Of a stretch of 64,000 nucleotides of DNA, positions 55,445 through 64,000 are shown piece by piece. Source of the stretch: Polyangiaceae bacterium (GTDB lineage Bacteria > Myxococcota_A > Polyangia > Polyangiales > Polyangiaceae). The DNA is taken from contig JBILLK010000014.1 of assembly GCA_044376115.1 (NCBI GenBank), forward strand, positions 160,001 through 224,000. The letters run 5' to 3'. Below the pieces are notes generated by a model that did not search any database, was not told the origin of the DNA, and was given only the letters and a program-made list of their open reading frames with translations. Each line of letters begins with the position of its first letter. Position 1 is the first letter of the stretch. Position numbers and translations under genes: made by a program.

Positions 55445-56368
55445 ATGTACGGACCCGTTCGTGACGGCGCGAGTGCGCCGCGTTCCAAGGTTACCGTTCC
55501 GCAAATTCGCGCTCGTAAGCGGGTGGGCCCAGCAGGTGGACCGGCCGCGGGGCCTGCCATCGCGATGATTACGGCCTACGACTACACGATGGCGCGCCTG
55601 CTCGACGAAGGGGGTGCAGACCTCCTGCTGGTCGGGGACTCGCTCGGGATGGTGGTGCAGGGCCACAAGACCACCCTGCCGGTCACCGTCGACGAGATTT
55701 GCTACCACGGACGAGCCGTCGCCCGCGGAGCCGAGAGAGCGCATGTGGTCGGAGACATGCCCTTCATGAGCTTTCAAACTTCTCCCATCGCCGCGCTCGA
55801 GAACGCTGGAAAGATGATGAAGGACGGCGCGTTTGAGAGCGTGAAGTTGGAAGGCGGAGTGGAATTTGCCGAACACGTGCGGCGCATCGTTTGCGCTGGG
55901 ATCCCAGTGATGGGGCACGTCGGGCTGTTGCCGCAGAGCGTCCACGCAATGGGCGGTTTCAAGGTCCAAGGCAAGCGTGAGGACGACGCTGAGCGCGTGC
56001 TTCGAGATGCAAAGGCGCTCGAAGAAGCGGGTGCATATGCCATCGTCCTCGAGGCCATCCCACCGGATCTCGCGGCGCAAATCACGCAGAGCGTGAGCAT
56101 CCCAACCATTGGCATCGGAGCCGGTGCGCAATGCGATGGTCAGGTGCTGGTTTGTTACGATCTACTCGGCATGTACCGCAGCTTGTCACCCAAGTTTGCG
56201 AAGAAGTTCGCCGAGGTAGGAGACAGCATCGTGGCCGCAACACGGGACTACGTGCGTGAGGTCAGCGAGGGGACGTTCCCAGCGGCCGCCCACAGCTTCA
56301 AGCCCAACGGCTTTCGCGTCGGCGATGAGCCCGAGGTTGATCCGGTGGTAGACGCGCACGTTCACTGA
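55445..56368 (+). CDS. panB: 3-methyl-2-oxobutanoate hydroxymethyltransferase
   Basis: MITAYD, LVGDSLGMV, DMPF, VKLEGG, GHVGL.PQ, PTIGIGAG..CDGQVLV. Confidence 0.97.
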   Translation: MYGPVRDGASAPRSKVTVPQIRARKRVGPAGGPAAGPAIAMITAYDYTMARLLDEGGADLLLVGDSLGMVVQGHKTTLPVTVDEICYHGRAVARGAERAHVVGDMPFMSFQTSPIAALENAGKMMKDGAFESVKLEGGVEFAEHVRRIVCAGIPVMGHVGLLPQSVHAMGGFKVQGKREDDAERVLRDAKALEEAGAYAIVLEAIPPDLAAQITQSVSIPTIGIGAGAQCDGQVLVCYDLLGMYRSLSPKFAKKFAEVGDSIVAATRDYVREVSEGTFPAAAHSFKPNGFRVGDEPEVDPVVDAHVH

Positions 56369-56394
56369 GCCTTGCCGCTTCGGCGGAAAAGACG

Positions 56395-56426
56395 AAGGGC
56401 CGTCGCGGTGTACCGGACGGCCCTTT
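56395..56426. terminator. Hairpin terminator between convergent panB and the DUF2330 gene
   Basis: AAGGGCCGTC-N11-GACGGCCCTT(T). Confidence 0.65.
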
Positions 56427-56463
56427 GGCTTTGCTACGTGACAACGCTGGTTTTGGTGACCGA

Positions 56464-57828
56464 TCAGCCCCCTTCGGTGGAGCGCACAGCACGACGCCGA
56501 CGGGAGACAGACAAGGCCGCAATCGCCGAGAGGCCGAGGAGCACCCAACCTGAATTGGTGCTCTGAGATACGGCGCAGCCAGCTCCGCCACCACCACCAC
56601 CGACACTCGCACCGCCATTGCCGTCTCCGAAGCCGTCGTCATCACACGGGGGAGGCGGAGGCGGACACGCGGGCGGCGTCCCAATCGCGTTCTCGACGTT
56701 GAACCAGCGATTGATTGGACGCTGTTGCTCCGAAGCCTGCAGCACGAGGTCTTCACCCAGTGCAGCCCGCGAGAGCTCTGCGCCCATTCGCGAGACCCAA
56801 AGGTTCTGCGGGTTGATTCCGGAGAGGAGCGTGTCGATATCGGCTTGGGCCTCCTCCACTGCGCCAGCGCCCTGAGCGTCACCGTAACCGCTCGCCGCCG
56901 GGTCGTAGGAAGCGAGGCTCACCAGCGAGTCGAAGGTATACGTGTCATACAGCGGCTCGCCAGACTCGAGGTGCCAAGCAAAGCCGTTGCTCTCTGCAAA
57001 GCGGTTCGCACGAATCGTTGAGTAGTTGCTCTTGCCGGCGTCCCAATCCCAAACCAGCTCCTGCTGCAAAATCTGGAACGTCGGGAAGTTCTGCGGCTCG
57101 TAGCGGCCCTCGCTCACGACCCACAAGGTAATTGCGGTGTTGGCCCCCGTCCCCGCCGCGACCATGCGCAGCGGCAGGCCTGCGCCGACTCCTGGGGTGG
57201 TGATGCGAACGGGCCGCATCGAGTCAATCCCCTGGCCGGGCACCAAACGCATGGCGAGGAAGTCGAACTTCTCGGCAACGTACGAGTCAATCACTGGCGT
57301 GATGTCGGCGGGAATGGTGTAGCCGTGGCTGGTTAGCCACGTCACGAGCGCCTCAGGATCGGTGGCAGACAATTGCACCGTCTCGTAAGGACCCACGACC
57401 TCCTGCGCGATGACCTCGACGCCACTATCCCCACCGCCGTTACCACCAGCGCCTGTGGCCCCGAAGGACCCGCCGCCAGATCCACAACTTCCACCGCTAT
57501 TGCAGTTGATGACCGGCGAGTTGATTGAGACCTGGGTGACCCCCTCGAGCGCCGCAAAAAGCGCGTCCGACGACAGGCCAACGTCGACTTGACCCCGGAT
57601 TGGCAGGATCCACGCGAAGCTCTCTGGTGCCCCCGAGTAGGTGATCTGATCGTAGAGCGTCGACTGCGTCGTCGAGATGCTCAGGGCCATTCGGTGCCCC
57701 GTCACTTGGGTATTTTCGGTCTGCGATACGAAGCAACCACCACAAGCCTTCGCCTCGGTTGGCGACCAAAGCGTCACGGCTGCGAACGTTCCAAGCAGCA
57801 TTGATCCGCAAAGCAAAGCCTTCTTCAT
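56464..57828 (-). CDS. DUF2330 protein with MYXO-CTERM sorting tail
   Basis: AKACGGCF, FAWILP, VGPYE...L, WL...GY, LPLRM..AG; C-terminal GGGGAGC + TM + RRRR. Confidence 0.85.
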   Translation of the reverse strand: MKKALLCGSMLLGTFAAVTLWSPTEAKACGGCFVSQTENTQVTGHRMALSISTTQSTLYDQITYSGAPESFAWILPIRGQVDVGLSSDALFAALEGVTQVSINSPVINCNSGGSCGSGGGSFGATGAGGNGGGDSGVEVIAQEVVGPYETVQLSATDPEALVTWLTSHGYTIPADITPVIDSYVAEKFDFLAMRLVPGQGIDSMRPVRITTPGVGAGLPLRMVAAGTGANTAITLWVVSEGRYEPQNFPTFQILQQELVWDWDAGKSNYSTIRANRFAESNGFAWHLESGEPLYDTYTFDSLVSLASYDPAASGYGDAQGAGAVEEAQADIDTLLSGINPQNLWVSRMGAELSRAALGEDLVLQASEQQRPINRWFNVENAIGTPPACPPPPPPCDDDGFGDGNGGASVGGGGGGAGCAVSQSTNSGWVLLGLSAIAALSVSRRRRAVRSTEGG

Positions 57829-57988
57829 GAACCCTCCATCGACGATCCAGGCCGAACAGCAACGTTCGTACCAGAGCCTGTGGTGCGCCGCCCCTAGGTC
57901 TGAGCGCTTGAATCACTGACTGGGCTAGAACGGAAGTGCCAAAGGGTGCCACCTCAGCAGCTCCAAACGCGACAGACTTGGTTCGCGG

Positions 57989-60109
57989 TTAGCCCAGAAG
58001 GCCTTCATCGAGCCGGCGCATACCTTCGAGCAACAAGCCCTCCGGCGATACGTCGATCGTGCGGTCGGTGGGAACCACGTCCGCGTCGATGTGAAAGTCC
58101 CCCTCTTTGATCGCGAGCATCGCGTAAAACGCCTCTTCGCCGCGCTTGGTGCCGTAGCGAGCATCGACGATCTGGCCCTCCGAAAACCCGATGTCACCCG
58201 ACGCCGAGCGCGTCTTGAGCCGAATCGTGCAGGTCTTGCGGCCGTGCCAAAGGATTTGGACGACGTCGGGAATCCCCATCTCGGCGAGGCTTCCGCTCAC
58301 CCCGCGAGGAGCCGTGGGTGCGCGAGCGCGCTTTCGCTCAATGAGCTGGCGCAGCTTGGTCACGAGCACCTCCGCAGGCGTGGGCTTCGACACGAGATCG
58401 TCAACGCCTAGCTCAAAGACGATCTCAGCGAGCTGACGATCGGTCTTACGAGTGTGAACAATCCAAGCGATTACGCGTTGGCCCCAGGGCTCAGCGGCGG
58501 CGGCGGTGCGCAGGCTCAGCCCTGCATCGTCCGAGTCGAGATCGACCTCGCTGATGACCACCGTGACGTCGCGACTCTTCAGCTCGTGAATCGCCTGCTG
58601 ATAGGTCCGCGCGATTCGAACATCGAAACCCGCCTCAATCAGGCGCAGCTCAAGAATGATCGACTCCTCGGGATCGGGGTCGACCAGGAGCACGTTGTTA
58701 CGTTCCGCGAGGATCTTCGCTCGAAGGTCTTCACCCGCGACTTCGGTCTTCACCAAGTCGAGCACCGTCGGATCGAACACGGTGCCGCGATACTTGCTGA
58801 GGAACTCGACCGCCTCGACCGCGTTCAAGATACGACGCGCCGGGTTGCGCGTATTCATCGTCAGATCAGCATAAGAGTCCACCACCGCCAGGATGCGACC
58901 ACCGAGCGGGATGTCCTTGTTCCCAACGCCGAGCGGGAACCCTCGACCGTCGAACCGCTCGTACATCGAGTTGAGGGCGCTCTTTGAATCCGCATGCAGT
59001 CCCACCGCCTGCAAGAAGCGGTCGGGCACGTTGAATACCTTTTGCGCAGCGGCGCGGTGCCCGTCGTACTCGGCGACGTTGAGAGCGGTGAGGTGATAGG
59101 TGCCGGCCTTACCGAGATCGTGAAGGTAGGCGGCGACGACGTAGGCCACCGTTTGCGGCGCCGGTAGGCTCATGCGGTCACAAACACGCTTGATGAGTCG
59201 GGCGCACTGCGCAGAATGACCGCGCAACTCAGGCCGACTGTTCTCGAGCAGCGTTACCAAAACGTTGAGCGTCTCAACGTAATCGACGGTCAGCGTGACG
59301 GGCGGCGACGCGAGCAGATCAGCATCGCTCGAACGCCTACCCGCGCGCCGCGGATCTAGCCGAGGAGGCGCCTCCTGCATCGGCGGTGGGGGCGGCGGCG
59401 GTGGAGGCGGTGGCGGCGGCGGCGGTGGGGGCGGCGGCGGCGGAGGAGGTGGTTGGGGCGGCAACTCGGGCGCCGACGGCGCTCTGAGATCCTGACGGGC
59501 TCGCGATGGAAGCTGATGAACGATCCCCGCGATCGGTTGCGCTGCCTCTTCGATGGGGCCGGAATTGGTTACGGTTCCACTAAAGCGATGCACGGTGAGC
59601 ACGAGCCCGCTGCCACCTCGCATGAGCTCAGCAAACGGGTTTGTATCGTTGTAGTAACCGCGCGCGATGGCAGCGCGAATCGCCGCTGGCCGCGCGACGA
59701 TCGTCAAGACGTCGCGCACGCCGCTAGCAATCTTTACTTCATGCAACGCGCTCAGGTCCTGCGGATCAGCCGTGACGACGGTCAGCGTGCGCGAGACCTC
59801 ATCGGCCATGACGGGAAAGACGCAGTGCTGGTCCGCAAGCTTACGCGGCACGAGGGTCAGCAATTTTGAATCGAATCCGGCTTTGTAGAGCTTCTCGGTA
59901 GAGACGAATCGAGTGTTGTGGAGCGTTGAGATGTAGCGAAGAAGCTCGACCTCACTCAGAAGTTGGTTCTCGAGAATCGCGTCTTCAACGCGTCCTCCGT
60001 GGAGGCCCACGTAAGCCATCACCGTCGCGTGCATGTCGGCGGCGAGAACTCCATCCGACATCATCCGGTCGGCAAGCCGCTGATTGGAAGCGTTGTTCGT
60101 GTTCTGCAT
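57989..60109 (-). CDS. T2SSE_N/MshEN-like + poly-Pro + degenerate HD-GYP + pseudo-REC + DUF4388 protein
   Basis: VP..LA....VFP, VVTADP; LHDLGK, ERFDG.GFP, IP...RI.AV.D, FDP; VLLVD..KP; GSL.EM...DVVQ.L. Confidence 0.85.
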   Translation of the reverse strand: MQNTNNASNQRLADRMMSDGVLAADMHATVMAYVGLHGGRVEDAILENQLLSEVELLRYISTLHNTRFVSTEKLYKAGFDSKLLTLVPRKLADQHCVFPVMADEVSRTLTVVTADPQDLSALHEVKIASGVRDVLTIVARPAAIRAAIARGYYNDTNPFAELMRGGSGLVLTVHRFSGTVTNSGPIEEAAQPIAGIVHQLPSRARQDLRAPSAPELPPQPPPPPPPPPPPPPPPPPPPPPPPPMQEAPPRLDPRRAGRRSSDADLLASPPVTLTVDYVETLNVLVTLLENSRPELRGHSAQCARLIKRVCDRMSLPAPQTVAYVVAAYLHDLGKAGTYHLTALNVAEYDGHRAAAQKVFNVPDRFLQAVGLHADSKSALNSMYERFDGRGFPLGVGNKDIPLGGRILAVVDSYADLTMNTRNPARRILNAVEAVEFLSKYRGTVFDPTVLDLVKTEVAGEDLRAKILAERNNVLLVDPDPEESIILELRLIEAGFDVRIARTYQQAIHELKSRDVTVVISEVDLDSDDAGLSLRTAAAAEPWGQRVIAWIVHTRKTDRQLAEIVFELGVDDLVSKPTPAEVLVTKLRQLIERKRARAPTAPRGVSGSLAEMGIPDVVQILWHGRKTCTIRLKTRSASGDIGFSEGQIVDARYGTKRGEEAFYAMLAIKEGDFHIDADVVPTDRTIDVSPEGLLLEGMRRLDEGLLG
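59381..59452 (-). repeat. 24 consecutive Pro codons
   Basis: Mixed CCG/CCA/CCC/CCT run on the minus strand. Confidence 0.95.
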
Positions 60110-60225
60110 TGGAGACGAGGTCGTCGGACAAAAGAGAATCGCCCGAGCGGTGCTGCTTCCAGCATAGCCCGGGCGAGTCCAGCGTAGCGCGACAAGTTCA
60201 GTGTCGCCGCGCAGCTTGCTTTAAG

Positions 60226-62766
<2,541 letters not shown>

Positions 62767-62899
62767 GTCCAAGGATCTCCTCGCGCCCGGGGGACCGGGC
62801 TCACCCTGGACGAGCCGTTTGAACGACCGGCCTGTCAATGCCTGGGCCGCCAGGGGGGCGCCCGAGTACCTCGGCTGCTCGGATTTCGCAAGGCTTGCC

Positions 62900-63655
62900 T
62901 TACGTCAGTGTGTGATTTCCGGTGTTTGTAGGCGTTGGGCGGCCAGTCATGTCGAGTGCGCCGCGCGCCAACATCAGCATTGCGCTTCGTGCTTGCGCGA
63001 GATCGGTATCCGCAAGGCGGCCAGTCTCAAGCTGGTGGCGCACGATGCCCTCAAGTCCGATCAGAAGCCCGTGCACCAACAAGCTGTTCGGCGGTTCTCG
63101 TCCGGCCTCACGAAACCCGTCCTCGATCATCGCTGCCAGCTCCCGAAACATCGCCTGCCGCCGCAAACCCAATCGTTCACGACGCTGTGCCTCAGCTTGC
63201 AACTGCAGCATCAATCCCGAAGAGCGTTGCGCGGCCAAGAGGAAGATGTCGATGCAGTTGTGAATACGCTCCTCGCCTTGCTTGGCTGAGGCCGACGCCA
63301 ATCGAATCGCCTGCATGAACAGGTCGGCCAAGCCGCGGTGAAGGGCATCGAGAACGTCCTCTTTACTTTTGAACGCCTTGTAGAACGTGCGCCGTGAAAC
63401 GCCGGAGGCGCGGAGGATGTCCTCCACCGTCGCGCCCTCGATCCCGTGCGTACGAAACGCCTCCGCAGCACCGGCAAGAATGTGGTTCTGCGAGAAGAAG
63501 CTTGCGAGGAGGTCGCCCGGGAGTCGGCTCGAAGCCGCTGGGCGCTCTCGCTCCGCTGACCGCCCACGCTTCTGGGGCGGAGGCTCAGGGACCTGCTCCG
63601 CAAGCTCAACGGACCGGCCTTTGGGCGAATCTGAGCCACTCGATGCAGCCGTCAC
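62900..63655 (-). CDS. TetR/AcrR family transcriptional regulator
   Basis: IL.GA...F...G....TVEDI...SGVSRRTFY..F.SKED. Confidence 0.9.
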   Translation of the reverse strand: MTAASSGSDSPKGRSVELAEQVPEPPPQKRGRSAERERPAASSRLPGDLLASFFSQNHILAGAAEAFRTHGIEGATVEDILRASGVSRRTFYKAFKSKEDVLDALHRGLADLFMQAIRLASASAKQGEERIHNCIDIFLLAAQRSSGLMLQLQAEAQRRERLGLRRQAMFRELAAMIEDGFREAGREPPNSLLVHGLLIGLEGIVRHQLETGRLADTDLAQARSAMLMLARGALDMTGRPTPTNTGNHTLT

Positions 63656-63832
63656 GGCCGCTTACGCTAGTTCATGCCGTACGCCAGAGCATCAGGGATC
63701 GCTCGGACCGGGAACGAGTTTGTGTGTGCGTCAAAAATGTGGCGCTAGCACCTTGAGTGAGGCCCGCGGCGAACCGTTGAACGAGTGCGGACCATTGGCT
63801 CGCGATCGTTGGATTGAACCGAGGAGGCCTCG

Positions 63833-64000
63833 ATGCGTTCAGCTCAGGTTGGATTCTTATGCTTTGCGATTGTGAGCGGGTGCACCATCACGCTGGACGA
63901 TCCGCAAGCCGACTCCAGCTCTCCAGACACCGAGTTCGATCCAATTCCAACTCCAGAAGGCCCGTTAGACGGCACCCCGTTCGCAGGAGTCAACAACGAC
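63833..64000 (+). CDS. 5' part of a lipoprotein running off the window
   Basis: GAGGAGG RBS; MRSAQVGFLCFAIVSGC lipobox; frame open to the end of the window. Confidence 0.7.
   Translation, partial: MRSAQVGFLCFAIVSGCTITLDDPQADSSSPDTEFDPIPTPEGPLDGTPFAGVNND

Noticed and set aside
57936..57951. Tandem TGGCAC on the minus strand upstream of the DUF2330 gene as a sigma54 promoter
   Set aside because: Neither copy has GC at the correct -12 spacing.

Overview
GC-rich chromosomal window from a myxobacterium, most likely Polyangiaceae/Sorangiineae-like (inferred from the MYXO-CTERM tail, many Cys-rich lipoproteins, Hanks kinases, PEGA/FHA/DUF4388 proteins and a LonD/BsgA-like Lon). It holds about 60 genuine CDS and one tRNA-Ala(GGC). 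I saw no transposase, integrase, prophage or CRISPR array. Housekeeping genes: lon, fmt, prs-rplY-pth-rpsF-rpsR-rplI, ribF, dsbD, rimK, panB, hppA. Most interesting signals: (1) a stand-alone T6SS tube and baseplate-wedge module (hcp-tssE-tssF-tssG) with no sheath, spike, ClpV or membrane complex in the window, flanked by uncharacterised lipoproteins, with candidate divergent sigma54 sites and followed by an FHA protein, Lon, and a coupled kinase/FGE-sulfatase pair; (2) a split ALDH16-like pair; (3) a pseudo-ATPase FlhG/MinD + J-like + RodZ-type HTH fusion; (4) a degenerate MshEN-polyPro-HD-GYP-REC-DUF4388 protein; (5) a highly structured intergenic region at about 23.0 kb; (6) a Cys-rich lipoprotein inserted in reverse inside the prs-rplY operon. 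All family calls come from motif recognition, not database searches. Several start codons were re-assigned relative to the ORF track.
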